This document shows positions 48,660 through 60,950 of a stretch of DNA of 64,000 nucleotides, piece by piece. Numbering within the stretch: the first letter of the stretch is position 1; the number at the start of each line of letters is the position of its first letter. The notes beneath the pieces were generated by a model. The model was not told the DNA's origin. It did not search any database and saw only the letters and a program-made list of their open reading frames with translations. Both the position numbers and the translations under genes were made by a program. The DNA comes from Leptogorgia sarmentosa (Eukaryota): NCBI GenBank assembly GCA_964658305.1, contig OZ210885.1, positions 17,856,001 to 17,920,000 on the forward strand. The letters are read 5' to 3'.

Positions 48660-51021
48660 ATGGCACACGCCCGACCACAACCAGTCAATGTAGAAGCAGT
48701 GTTACATGATGAATATTTAGCTCAAGTACAACATCAACAAGGCGACGTAGAACAACCAGCTGTTCAACCACCACAAGCTCAACCACCGCAAGCTCAACCA
48801 CCGCAAGCTCAACCACCGCAAGCTCAACCACCGCAAGCTCAACCACCGCAAGCTCAACCACCACTAGCTCAACCACCGCTAGCACAGCCACAGGTTTGTC
48901 GAGTATCTATACGTTAATTCAGGGGTTTGCTTATTTCCCGGTAGCTTCACTCCCTTGCTTTTTAGACCGACAGATACCAGTGTTGTAGTTACATAGCTAC
49001 CCTTGTTACCAGATATATATTATCGCGCATTCAGGCTCCTCGGCGGTGGTATGATGTTCTTGAGCTGTCTGTTCATCGAGAGAGGCTTTCTTAGTACGCT
49101 TCATATTCTGTCCACGACGGGATTCTCGTGTCCAGTGCTTGCGAAGGTCATACTGTCTGCGGGATTGGCTGTTTGTATCTAAGAAATACGCCTGAGTAGA
49201 TTTAGGATGATTTCTCTACAAGTTTTACTTAACTTTAGAAGCTTCATATTCATACCTTTTGTTTTGTTGTTTACGTCGCACTTATAGTCACTCTGTCCCT
49301 ATAATTATATACATATTATATATTACATGTATTTCGTATCGCTCGTCTCTACCTTCAGTTTATCTCTGAGATCTTTTAAACTAGGTTAGTACCTTCTAAT
49401 GTGTTCCTCCTTCTGTTGAAGCAGAATCGGTGTTTCCCTGTAAGCAGAATTTAGTGTCACCATATCGGAGCAGAATTTATGGCGCTTTTATGAGAGTTCT
49501 TCATGATTTGGTCAAAATCGAATTTACAACGCCTTTGTTGAGCCAGAATCCGTAAGTTTTTGTCGAAACTGAATTTTTCGTTGCTTTTGTCGAAGTAATA
49601 CGAGTGCTTTTGTTGAAGCTGAATTTAGTGCTTTTGTCGAAACTGAATTAAGTGCTTTTGTCGAAGCTAAATTAAGTGCTTTTGTCGAAGCTAAATTGAG
49701 TGCTTTTGTCGAAGCTAAATTGAGTGCTTTTGTCGAAACTGAATGTGTGCTTTTGTCGAAACTGAATGTGTGCTTTTGTTGAAACTGAATTTATAGTGTT
49801 TTTGTTGAAACTTGATTTATTGTGCTTTTGTCGAGGCTCAGTTTATAGTGCTTTTGTCGAAGCTCAGTTTATAGTGCCTTTGTCGAGGCTCAGTTTATAG
49901 TGCCTTTGTCGAGGCTCAGTTTATAGTGCCTTTGTTGAGGCTCAGTTTATAGTGCTTTTGTCGAGGCTCAGTTTATAGTGATTTTGTCGAAGCTAAGTTT
50001 ATACTGCTTTCGTCGAAGCTAAGTTTATTCTACTTTTGTTGAAGCTCAATTTCAGTCAATGCTTTTGTCGAAGCCAAATCTATAGTGCTTTTGTAGAAGC
50101 TGAAATTTCTATGGTGCTTTGGTGGAAGTTCAATTTTAGTCGGCTTTTGTCGAAGCTCAATTTATAGCACCTTTGTCAAACCTGAATTTATAGTGCTTAA
50201 CTTATTGAATCTGAATTTATAGTGCTTTTGTCGAAGTTGAATTTATTATCCTTTTATTAACCTTCAATATTTATAGTGCTTTTGTCGAAGCTAAATCCTA
50301 TAATCCTTTTCATGAAGCAGGATTAATAGCGTTTTTTATCTAAATATAATTTATAATATAGTAAGCTTGTTAAAGCATAATTCCTACTGCTTTCGTTGAA
50401 GCAGAATCAACACTTGCATGTGGTTGAAGTAGAGCTATTCTTTTCACATTTCTTATATACAAGGGATATTATATATTGGAATTTTCTTTCCTATAGCCCC
50501 CTACGTTAGAGGAATTACAACAAAAAATCGAAACCTTACAAAAACAATCCAACGCTCAAACAGTAGCAGCTGCTCTGAATACACTACAAGGAGAACTCAG
50601 GAAGCCAAAGGGAATTTTTGATCCTCATACTGCCTTAGCTGCTTTGGAGAATCTAGTGGATATCTCGCGAGACAACGGAGACCCAATAGCACCTAGATAT
50701 AACATTATCTATAAACAGTCTCGTCCCTTACTATACAACTCACACTTCCAAAACGTACTTATGAAGCTTTTGGGCGACAAGGAAGATGTGGAAGTCGCCA
50801 AAGTTATTGAAAAAACATTGCGTCAACGACGATCTCCGACACGGTCCTCCCCTCAAGTTCCAGAATCTCCTACCTGGTCCCCACGATTTCGCCCATATTT
50901 TACCAGTAGATCCCAAATGCGCTGCTTCTACTGTAATGCTGTGGGGCATTTCGCCAGGGGATGTCCTTCAAGACCACTCCGCCGTTCTAGTGGCGCGGGT
51001 ACACCGAATACCCAAAGTTAA
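48660..51021 (+). CDS. gag-like protein with CCHC knuckle, predicted 2 exons (48660-48893, 50497-51021)
   Basis: (QPPQA)n exon ends CAG|GT. Acceptor TTTTCTTTCCTATAG| resumes in frame as PPTLEELQQKIETL...CFYCNAVGHFARGC. ~252 aa. Confidence 0.65.
48765..48893 (+). repeat. 15-bp coding tandem repeat (QPPQA)
   Basis: CAACCACCGCAAGCT, about 8-9 copies. Confidence 0.9.
49550..50410. repeat. Diverged minisatellite, 22-27-bp unit, roughly 30 copies
   Basis: Consensus close to GTGCTTTTGTCGAAGCTGAATTTATA. Lies inside the predicted gag intron. Confidence 0.9.
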
Positions 51022-51539
51022 CTGGTGGATAGTTAATATAGAGTTAATAAAAACTTATAAGAGTGTGTAATAAATTTATTCCGTTAGTCCAGTTGACTTT
51101 ACTTAAACTAAACAGCTAAACACTTAGTCATACAACATTTTCCAGTAGGAGTCACATAAAATTACCTAATTAAAATTATCTTTGTAAAAAAAAAAAAAAA
51201 AGAAAAAAAAAAAAAAAAAGAAAAAAGAAGAGAACAACAAATTACATGTCATAATATATTCAACACATGCCCACTACTTCTTTGCTGCTTATTAGGCTCT
51301 CTACCAAGAATTTGACACCGCAGTTCAAGATGCCCCACACAAATGCGATGGTGCAATTCCTTAGGGGAATCGGATATACCATTTAGTCCTCTTCTGTCGC
51401 CTCACCATGTTTCCGCAGGACACGTCCATCCATCTCCAACGTGGTTACGCTTCTGTGACCCCAACACCTTCGTTTCTGGACAGTTGCACCAGCATGCCCC
51501 GTTTTGGGAAACAATTTTGCAGAATTCTTCCAAAAAGTC

Positions 51540-52714
51540 GTGGAGTTCTTGCGGGCTAAATATTACAAAATGGCGGCTGATATAGGCGCGAGCTAAAGAG
51601 TGGTGATGTGTTTGTCTGTTTGATCATGGATTTTGTTTCGCATGAATATCCAGATAAAAAGAAATATGTTCGCAGCGACGAGTGACTTTAGTGAAATAGA
51701 GGTTAATTTATGAGCGTTTACGCCGTTTAAAACACTATTTATACTAAGGAAATTTATACCCAAAAATATCATGACGCAAATTGCAGACATTGGCATTGCT
51801 TTTAAAGATATTAATTAAAGAGGTTCGCGTTCGCTATGCAATTTAGATCATCAAAGCAAAAATATCATAACGCAATTTATGCAATTGAACACAGCGAATA
51901 TTTAAGGTTATGAAAGAGTTTAATGTCTTGACACAATTGCGCGTATATTTTCCATATGATACTTTAGCGCGATACTTCAGCGTGTCAGTACTGTCGCACT
52001 CACACACTGTACATGTTTGGATTGCCCGCGGTGTCATTGTGATCACGGAATATCTACTATATTTTGACGCTTCGCCATACGGAATGGTTGAAACATTCAA
52101 TCCCAGGAAAATAGATTTCGTAGCTTGTAATAAAACGGGTTTGTGCGTTTATTAAGCGCGAGACAAAACAAACAAAATCATATATAGTTTCAAGTATTCT
52201 GTTTTGAACCTACGCGTACTGCGCATACCGATCCTACATACACTTTAGCGTCTACGCAAATGCGCATCAATGGACGGAATATATTGTATATAAATATATT
52301 ATTATGATACGGTATTGAAAAGGGTAAATTTGGTTTTTAGAGAGCCACATTTTTCACAAACAATCGCAAAGCGCTGTGTCTATTTTAAAGACGCAATAAC
52401 ATAAAACGCGATATCATATGTCGTCAAGTTTCAATTCCTTATGCAATTTGATATATGATCGCGGGAATTCCGGAAGGCGAGATAGTCATGAAAGCTTATA
52501 TCAAGTATTGAATACGTCTCTGCACAACTTCACGTCTTGCCTAGTATTTTTTTGTGCTATTCGCCTATTCCCTAGCAGTAAACCATTTTATACATGCAAG
52601 ATCGCGTAATAGGGACAGATAAGATGTGTGTATCGAAAAGCTGAAAACAAATAAGACTTGATCATCAAGCTACATAGGCGCAACCTCACATAGGCGCAGA
52701 TACATGTACACTTT
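51540..52714. mobile_element. Non-coding insertion of unknown class interrupting the RT gene
   Basis: RT-like coding sequence stops near 51535 and resumes at 52715. The insert has repeated (C/T)ATAGGCGC motifs near both ends. No TSD was found. Confidence 0.55.
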
Positions 52715-54352
52715 GTGTACCTATTTTTAAATCTTTGGATCAAAGACCTCCCGTTTTCGTTGGACAAAGTTACTGATCTTCCTCGTTATGTCGAGGAAAA
52801 TCATTACCAAACCGTAATGGACGATAAGAGCGGCTACGACCATGTTCTGCTCACCGATCGCAGTCAAACGTTTTTTGGCCTCGCATGGTCGGGTTGGTAC
52901 TTCTGCTATCGCACCATCCCGTTCGGCTGGAAAGCAAGCGCCTATGTTTATCACACGATTGGTCTCCAAGCAACTAGTTACGCACGCTCCCACGGTGTCC
53001 CTTGTTCCCAACATATAGACGACAGGCACCTAGGCCAGCTTCGCATAAAAGCCGAATACCGTAGTGCCCCCTTACCTTCCAATTGGGCCCTGGCTCTGGC
53101 GGCAGCATATATTATGTGTTACCTGCTTATACATCTTGGTTATTTCATTGGTTTGGAAAAATCTATCCTAGTGCCACGACTCGTGATCCCTTTCTTAGGC
53201 TTGCTCTCCGACTCCACCAAACAAGCATTCCTGTTACCTGAGGACAAAAAACGCAAATTTATTTCACTTCGCGAGTCTATTTTACAGAAGAAAATGGTTT
53301 CACTCAAGAACTTACAAAAATTAGCAGGGAAAATCCTTTCACTCTCTCTCGTTGTCCCAGGTGCACGTCTATATACTTCCTCTATCTACCAAGCAGTTTC
53401 CCGGCTGCACTTTTCAACGCGGCCAGCCCCCATTAAGGGTTAATTACTCAGAGAAATTCAATCTTGGCGATTCCTAGACACCTGGAGTGGCCATCTACCA
53501 TGGCGTTCAGAATATCATTTGCAGTTGAGCCTTTCCTCAGATGCATCTAGCACAGGTTGGGGTGGAATCATTAACTTCCCAGACCAGCCACCTGAAACCG
53601 TTAGGGACCTCTGGGACACCAATGACCGCTCACAGCCTATTTGCGTCCGAGAGGCAAAAGCGCTATTCCATACGCTTGTCGCGGCCGGTTCCAGGATCGA
53701 TAATTCCTGTGTTGATTGCCACGTCGACAATCAGACACTTATACATTGCTGGAATCAAGGGAGGGTCTAAGAATCAGGAACTCAGTAATGTTTTGAAAGA
53801 CTTATTTTCTCTTTCGCTGAACCGCAATTCTCAATTGGTCTTTTTGCGTCAAAGGAAAACCCCTCCGATACTCCCTCTCGCACACTGTCAGATTTAGATT
53901 GCACCCTCGTTCCGTTTCCTTGGCGTCTAATACAACAAGCCTTTGGACCCCACACTGTAGACCTTATGGCTCTTCCCACCAACGTAATGCTTGACCAGTC
54001 TGGCAGTCCTTTAAGATTTTTCTCGCCTTTCCCGACCGCTACTGCAGCGGGAACCAACGTCTTCTCACAGCAACTAACTTCGGAGAACGCCTATGTGTTC
54101 CCTCCCTTTGTCCTTATTGGCCCGCTCCTGAAATTCCTCCTTTTGCAGCGCTGCTCCTTTTCCATGGTCTTGCCCGATATCTCACCGCGTAGATACTGGT
54201 GGCCTTTGTTGACAGGCCAATGCAATGCCGCCTTTTTGTCAGGTAAAAAAGGCGACAAAGATATCCTGCTGTTCCCTACCAAGGATCTTCCTACCTTCAA
54301 TACCCGTCCACTTCTGTGGGATTTATGGGTCTTCCGCTTCACTCATTGTTAA
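52715..54352 (+). pseudogene. RT / RNase H / MT-like ORF of the DIRS-like element
   Basis: DDKSGYDHV, TIPFGWKASAYVYH, HIDD (variant of YIDD), SDASSTGWGG, ICVREA, VDNQ, DLMAL, YVFPPF, WWP. Frameshifts present. Confidence 0.88.
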
Positions 54353-56843
54353 CGTCGCAAGTTCCCCGTGTGTGGAAGCCTGCGGAACGTTGCCCTGCGT
54401 GTTACTACCCCAATGATGCTGGTTTTCAGTTTTGTCAACGATGCGGTTTCCGGAAAGAGATACCTCCTAATTTACTTGATAATCGAATAGAGTTGGATTT
54501 ACCAGCCATTAACGCTCGCCTCCAATCTTTAGACTCATTGCGCACCCAAAAACCATATCAGCATCAAACATCTCGACTCCAACAGGAATTAGAAACCTTT
54601 TTAGCTTCTCTTCCTCTTCCGAAAACTTTGGTATCCACTTCCCCCGAGGATCTGATTCGTTTTCTGATCTGGAAAGACAAATCAGGAAAAACAAAAGTGC
54701 ATATAGACCCCTGTCGTTTTTTTGGATCTAACAACAGACGTACGAATTGTACATGTTCCTCCCGACTCGCGGCCGGCACCATAGAAAACTATATTGCCAA
54801 GCTCAGAACGATCTTTTCTTCAATTGGGCCAATGGAGTCAGCAGCCAGTTCGTCGTCTTTCACTCCTGGCAATCCAGCTAACCATCCACGTATCTACCAC
54901 TACCTGAAATCCATACGCGAAGAACAAGCACAAGCCAGAGTTACACCAAAACAAGCAGTGCCTTTATTCTTCAACAAATTTCTTGCGTTATCCTCCCATA
55001 TTAAAAAGTCTTTACTACAACCTGGTATCAATCCAACATCCTGCTTCATATATGCTCGAGACCTCGCATTCTTCTGTTTGGACTTTTATTCCGGAGATCG
55101 AGCCTCCGATCTGGGTCGACTTAAAACTCACGATGTCTTGTGCCTCCCGGATAATCAGGGTCTGTTATTTCGCCATACCTTTGGGAAAACCCTCCGCGGA
55201 CAACATACCCACATGTTTGCTGTCAAGCCCTCTGCCTCCCCTTCATGCCCGGTAACCAATCTTAGGTCATACATTCTCCTCTGCGATCGCATGAATATCA
55301 ACTTACGACATGGTTTTCTCTTTCGCACCACTGACAAACACGGATGTGTCACCGATGCTCCTTTCCTCGGTTCTGCAGTCACCAACCGTTTGAAGAAATA
55401 CCTCGGTCAGCTCCACCTTGATGATGGCGAAACCGCTCATAGCTTTAGGGCCGGCTGTTCAAATACCTTATCCCTTCTCGGCGCATCTCAGGAAGAGGTC
55501 GCAAAACATATAGGTTGGAGAAGTGTCTCCACAGCTGCCTACTACACTCAAACAGATGCAGTGATGAGTCCAACCTCCACCTCCACAGTCCTAACGGACA
55601 GTGTGATTCCTATCGATCCTATGCAACCACCACCCGCTCATCAGCTTGGCGCCCTATTATATCAAAAATATCAAAAATATCATAACGCAATTTATGCAAT
55701 TGAACACAGCGAATATTTAAGGTTATGAAAGAGTTTAATGTCTTGACACAATTGCGCGTATATTTTCCATATGATACTTTAGCGAGATACTTCAGCGTGT
55801 CAGTACTGTCGCACTCACACACTGTACATGTTTGGATTGCCCGCGGTGTCATTGTGATCACGGAATATCTACTATATTTTGACGCTTCGCCATACGGAAT
55901 GGTTGAAACATTCAATCCCAGGAAAATAGATTTCGTAGCTTGTAATAAAACGGGTTTGTGCGTTTATTAAGCGCGAGACAAAACAAACAAAATCATATAT
56001 AGTTTCAAGTATTCTGTTTTGAACCTACGCGTACTGCGCATACCGATCCTACATACACTTTAGCATAAAATAACATAAAACGCGATATCATATGTCGTCA
56101 AGTTTCAATTCCTTATGCAATTTGATATATGATCGCGGGAATTCCGGAAGGCGAGATAGTCATGAAAGCTTATATCAAGTATTGAATACGTCTCTGCACA
56201 ACTTCACGTCTTGCCTAGTATTTTTTTGTGCTATTCGCCTATTCCCTAGCAGTAAACCATTTTATACATGCAAGATCGCGTAATAGGGACAGATAAGATG
56301 TGTGTATCGAAAAGCTGAAAACAAATAAGACTTGATCATCAAGCTACATAGGCGCAACCTCACATAGGCGCAGATACATGTACACTTTGTGTACCTATTT
56401 TTAAATCTTTGGATCAAAGACCTCCCGTTTTCGTTGGACAAAGTTACTGATCTTCCTCGTTATGTCGAGGAAAATCATTACCAAACCGTAATGGACGATA
56501 AGAGCGGCTACGACCATGTTCTGCTCACCGATCGCAGTCAAACGTTTTTTGGCCTCGCATGGTCGGGTTGGTACTTCTGCTATCGCACCATCCCGTTCGG
56601 CTGGAAAGCAAGCGCCTATGTTTATCACACGATTGGTCTCCAAGCAACTAGTTACGCACGCTCCCACGGTGTCCCTTGTTCCCAACATATAGACGACAGG
56701 CACCTAGGCCAACCTCCACCTCCACAGTCCTAACGGACAGTGTGATTCCTATCGATCCTATGCAACCACCACCCGCTCATCAGCTTGGCGCCCTATTTCG
56801 TTCGAGAAACAATCTGGAAGGGTTTTCGTTAGCATTCCCGTAA
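54316..56843 (+). pseudogene. Tyrosine recombinase with N-terminal zinc ribbon; natural C-terminus displaced by a duplication
   Basis: CPAC...FCQRCG, DRASDLG, FGKTLRG, CPV, HSFRAG, HIGW...AAYY. The natural end ALFRSRNNLEGFSLAFP* lies at ~56790-56843, after the inserted block. Confidence 0.85.
55570..56797 (+). repeat. Local duplication: copy of ~51857-53037 between 89-bp direct repeats
   Basis: ~55672-56711 nearly matches 51857-53037 apart from a ~140-bp deletion. 55570-55658 equals 56709-56797. Confidence 0.93.
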
Positions 56844-57456
56844 CTTTTTCTTAGAATTTAGCATTTCAGTTACATTTCATCAGTGTATATTTTTGAGTAT
56901 TGGAGAGAAGGAACCATACTATACTCTGGAAATTGTACCCGAATTTACATATACTTTGAAATAAAGATTCATTCCCATACAGTTAAGCCTGGGCACAAAA
57001 ATTATTTTTCCCCACTCTTAATTCATTCCAGCCAGGCATTGTGCGGCGAAGCGAACAGTGGGAATATATTCGTTTTGGTTTACTCCTATAGATCAAGGAA
57101 ACAAGACGTTTACATGTGCCTTTCTTGCGATGCCACAACTTGCCCTCTCGTTTAATCAACTTTAGACTAAAAAAATGAAAGCCCCATTAAATCAACGATT
57201 GAATAAATCATTTGTTGTTATTAATTACTGTCAATTCACAATTGTGCTATAACGAGTGCCTTGTACGCGCTAGTACTAGTTCCAGTTCATTACAAAAGAT
57301 GTGATTGTAGATTTCCTCTAATATATACATATAGTGTGTTGAAAGTATTCACGTGTTTCTAATTTGAATAACAAAATTTTTTTGAACATCCACTACTTTA
57401 GAACCTGTTGGGAGCATCATACTTCACTTTTGATTACTATTAGAGGTAGACCAGTT

Positions 57457-58731
57457 TCATATATTTTCAATTATATGTATAAGCTCGACATACAACTGTT
57501 CTGCCTCTTCGACTGTGGTTGGCATTTGCAGCCTATTTTCCCTCATTATAATTGTAGCCAGCTCGTTGAATTCTGGTTCACAGCCATTTGGTGGATTTTG
57601 AAGACAGCACATTTCTTCTGCAACTTCCATGTCTGCCGCATTTGTTCTTGTCTTGTAATCGCGAGTGTTGTTTACCTCTGGGAGAAAATACAAAGTATCC
57701 GGCCGACCGGACAGGGATTCGCTGTTGATGCTCGGTCTTATGCAATGAATATTCCAGTGCCGGGCAACTTTATACAATTCATCTCTGATGATGTTATTAT
57801 TGCAGAACGTCAGGCACTGCTTGTCTATGATTTGTTCATCACGATAAATCCCCGAATCTCTGAGATCCTTGAAATATTTAATCCACCAGTCAGAACTGCT
57901 TCGTCGTAACTGAGACCACCACGCTTCGATCCTTTGATTCGACGTTGACTTTCCATACATAAAACTTTTGTCCCCGGCAAAGTCGTCGTCTGCAGAAAAC
58001 CGAAAGAATCGCTGCATTGCGGCTACATGCACGTTTTCAGTCCCACAATCCGCACGAACTATGCGGGGGGCTCCACCGATCTGACGAACATAATTCAAGT
58101 AGTATTGCCCTACTACACTTGGATCATTGTTGGAGGGGCCAACCTCCAACCACAGGACTCGGCGGCTGTAACCATCCAGGGCACCGTGTATGCAGAAGCC
58201 GAATGGCTTCAGCTTGTCGTAACCATCAATGTGCCATATGTAATTGGGACCTTTCACCTTGTATTGCTGTCTCTTCAACCGGTGCCTCAAACGCCTTTCA
58301 ACTCCTTCTGGGTCCAAAATTTTTAGAATCTGACGAACCGTCTCTCTGTCTGTAACTAATTTATGGTCCACCGTCAGTCTTTGATGCATTGCTCTGTACC
58401 CTATTGAGCTACCGATTCCGTGCAACTCCGTTTCTATCACAGACGCAACCTGGTATATTGAACTATATACCTTTCGACATCGCAACCCCATCGATTGTTT
58501 TATTCGTTTCAACTGGCGAAGGCTAAGTATAATTCCATGGAAGTTTGAAAGGAACACCAAAATTTCTTCATACGGGAAGCGAAGATGAAAGTACTTTCGT
58601 ATCAGACTTTCCCGAGAAGCTTCTTCAAGTTCAGAAACTGGTAAGTAATCATGAAGAGTAATGGCGAAACATGTCGTCGCGATTATAGTTAGGTAAACTA
58701 CGCAAATACAAGATAAAAAATGGACAGCCAT
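57457..58731 (-). CDS. Integrase-core DDE transposase, intact, 424 aa
   Basis: Clr5-like/HTH N-terminus (LIRKYF...YEEIL.FL...HGI.LSLRQLKR), GYRAM, GPNYIWHIDGYDKL, LDGYSR, RADCGTEN, STSNQRIEAWW. Confidence 0.92.
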   Translation of the reverse strand: MAVHFLSCICVVYLTIIATTCFAITLHDYLPVSELEEASRESLIRKYFHLRFPYEEILVFLSNFHGIILSLRQLKRIKQSMGLRCRKVYSSIYQVASVIETELHGIGSSIGYRAMHQRLTVDHKLVTDRETVRQILKILDPEGVERRLRHRLKRQQYKVKGPNYIWHIDGYDKLKPFGFCIHGALDGYSRRVLWLEVGPSNNDPSVVGQYYLNYVRQIGGAPRIVRADCGTENVHVAAMQRFFRFSADDDFAGDKSFMYGKSTSNQRIEAWWSQLRRSSSDWWIKYFKDLRDSGIYRDEQIIDKQCLTFCNNNIIRDELYKVARHWNIHCIRPSINSESLSGRPDTLYFLPEVNNTRDYKTRTNAADMEVAEEMCCLQNPPNGCEPEFNELATIIMRENRLQMPTTVEEAEQLYVELIHIIENI

Positions 58732-59114
58732 GTTCCTACGATTGAAAGGGTATAATGGCCAACATTTCGGGGGGGGGAGAAATGGAAAAAAGTCGGAATT
58801 TCAAAAAAAAAGTCGGAATTTCAAAAAAAGTCGAAATTTCAAAAAAAGTCGATATTTGAAAATAAAAGTCGGAATTTCACGAAAAAGTCGGAATTTGAAA
58901 AAAGAAGTCGGAATTTCAAAAATCGGGATGAAAATAAAGTAAGAATTTTCATGGCCCTTAAGCCTAGTTCTCATATGTCGCTGATGGTCTGCGACTATCG
59001 GCGATGCGTGAAGACGACTAGTTCTCATATATCGCTGACGGTCGCCGACCTTAGTGAGCCGATGGTCTGCGACAATGTGAGTTTCCTGGCGGGAAACTCC
59101 GCGTTTTCAAAAAC

Positions 59115-60452
59115 ATGGCGACCATTGATATACATGTGATCTTATCTGCATGTTGTCAGTTGATATTGGCCCTTTTGAGGAAAAAGAGGTCACTTCTATT
59201 GACGAGAAAACCCAGAAAAAGACGATTTTGGGTTAGGAGAATGTTAAAGCAAAGAAAACAACATAGTCAGTATCATATTCTTGTCGAAGAATTGCGATTA
59301 TACGACAGAGAATATTTTTTCAAGTATTTAAGGATGAGTCCCGAGAGATTACAGAGGCTTGTTGAACTTGTTGCTCCCTTCATAGCCAAAAAAAAATGCC
59401 GAAGCCGAGAAACACTATCGCCTGCAGAAAGGTTGGTGGTAACTATTCGTTATTTGGCAACAGGTGACTCCCAGCAGTCCCAAACGTTTAATTTTCGTCT
59501 CGGCAACAGCACTGTTTGTAATATTGTGAGGCAAACTTGCCAAGGTATTTGGGATGCTTTAAATGAATCCTTTCTGAAACCTCCGAAGACCGCGGGTGAA
59601 TGGAAAAAAATTGCACAGGGAATGTTTGACGATTGGGACTTTCCAAATTGCTTGGGTGCCTTGGACGGAAAGCATATTGCAATTGAGTGCCCGCCAAATA
59701 GCGGGTCTGAATTTTATAACTATAAGAAATTTTTCAGCATTGTTCTGATGGCGATGTGTGATTCCAAATACTGTTTTACACTGATAGATCTGGGAGCAAA
59801 TGGCAGGGAGAATGATGCACATATTTTTAACAACTCAGACATGTGTCGAGCAATTGTCAACAATGAATTAGATATTCCTGGCAGTAGCTTTATCAGAGGT
59901 CACAAATTACCATATGTAATTGTTTCTGATGAGATCTTTGGCCTTAAGCCTTGGTTGATGAAGCCATATGGTGGTAATGGTTTGCTTCAGGAAGAGGAGA
60001 TTTTCAACTATCGACTAAGCCGTTGTCGCCGTACAATTGAGAACACATTTGGCATCCTCTGTGCACGGTGGAGAATATTTAGACGTCCTATTAGAGCAAA
60101 ACCTGAAACTGTTGATGTTATTGTAAAAGCATGTGTGTGTCTTCACAATTACCTGCGGCTTACTTACAATGCCCACTATGTGCCAGTAGGCTTTGTAGAT
60201 CATCAACATGATAATGGTGACATCATTCCTGGTGACTGGCGACAGATGACTGTTGAAGATACTGGTGCAATGCAGGCCTTAAGAGTTGGAAGAGCCCACA
60301 ACAGATACTCTTTTGATGCAAATGCAGTCCGAAAAAAATTCAAAGACTATTTTGTCAGCCGAGAAGGAACTGTCCCATGGCAGACGAAACATGTTACCAG
60401 TGTGGGAGAACAATTACCAGTACCCGAGGCAATTGAAATCGAGCAAGAATAA
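59115..60452 (+). CDS. Harbinger (HARBI1-like) transposase, intact, 445 aa
   Basis: FKYLRMS, TIRYLATGDS, GALDGKHI, FYNYKKFFSIVL, VSDEIF, FNYRLSRCRRTIENTFG, LHNYL. Confidence 0.95.
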   Translation: MATIDIHVILSACCQLILALLRKKRSLLLTRKPRKRRFWVRRMLKQRKQHSQYHILVEELRLYDREYFFKYLRMSPERLQRLVELVAPFIAKKKCRSRETLSPAERLVVTIRYLATGDSQQSQTFNFRLGNSTVCNIVRQTCQGIWDALNESFLKPPKTAGEWKKIAQGMFDDWDFPNCLGALDGKHIAIECPPNSGSEFYNYKKFFSIVLMAMCDSKYCFTLIDLGANGRENDAHIFNNSDMCRAIVNNELDIPGSSFIRGHKLPYVIVSDEIFGLKPWLMKPYGGNGLLQEEEIFNYRLSRCRRTIENTFGILCARWRIFRRPIRAKPETVDVIVKACVCLHNYLRLTYNAHYVPVGFVDHQHDNGDIIPGDWRQMTVEDTGAMQALRVGRAHNRYSFDANAVRKKFKDYFVSREGTVPWQTKHVTSVGEQLPVPEAIEIEQE

Positions 60453-60950
60453 AAGAAGACAGAAGCAGCATAAGAGAACAATTATTAAATACCAATTACT
60501 TTTCATGATTACATAACAAGTTTAATTCAGAGTTTATAAGATCTCAAGAGATCATTTTAAAAATACATTATATAATAACTTACTTGCAAGTAAGAACATG
60601 TTAACTAATGTAAACAAAAACAGTTAAAAATTACACATTATAGCAAATACTAATTTGATCATACACAAACAATAACTTTTTGAATTTCCTCTCTATGCCA
60701 TGTTCTCATTGCAATCTAAGATTGTGCATTAACTTTTTGTGTATGACTGTTCTGGCAACTATTTTAAAGCAACTAGCCTAGCTTTAACAGAACTGAGATT
60801 GTGCAGAAAGCTGTTTCTGTAACAGTAACAGTAAAAACTAACAAAAAATGTACATGGGTAGTGTATCACACTGGAAGTCCTTTTCTAACCAAATGTTTGT
60901 TTGTTTAATGGTGCAAAACCAGAAGTCATGCCAAATGCAGAAATATCAGT

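Larger units (their letters stand above)
48449..57066 (+). mobile_element. DIRS-like tyrosine-recombinase retroelement nested between the HECT and transposase genes (ends approximate)
   Basis: gag-RT-RNaseH-MT-YR order. Imperfect inverted ends TATTCCCACTG....ACAATGCC (48449-48480) and GGCATTGT....CAGTGGGAATA (~57034-57065). Confidence 0.8.

Noticed and set aside
49550..50410. Regularly spaced ~24-bp repeats that superficially resemble a CRISPR array
   Set aside because: The units are contiguous and diverged with no unique spacers, there are no cas genes, and the context is eukaryotic. It is a minisatellite.
51910..52609. Short ORFs repeated identically at 55725-56283
   Set aside because: The identity results from the recent local duplication of a non-coding insert, not from coding conservation.
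57364..58355. Plus-strand ORFs of 99-181 aa
   Set aside because: They are antisense shadows of the intact transposase; the same applies to most short ORFs overlapping long ones in this window.
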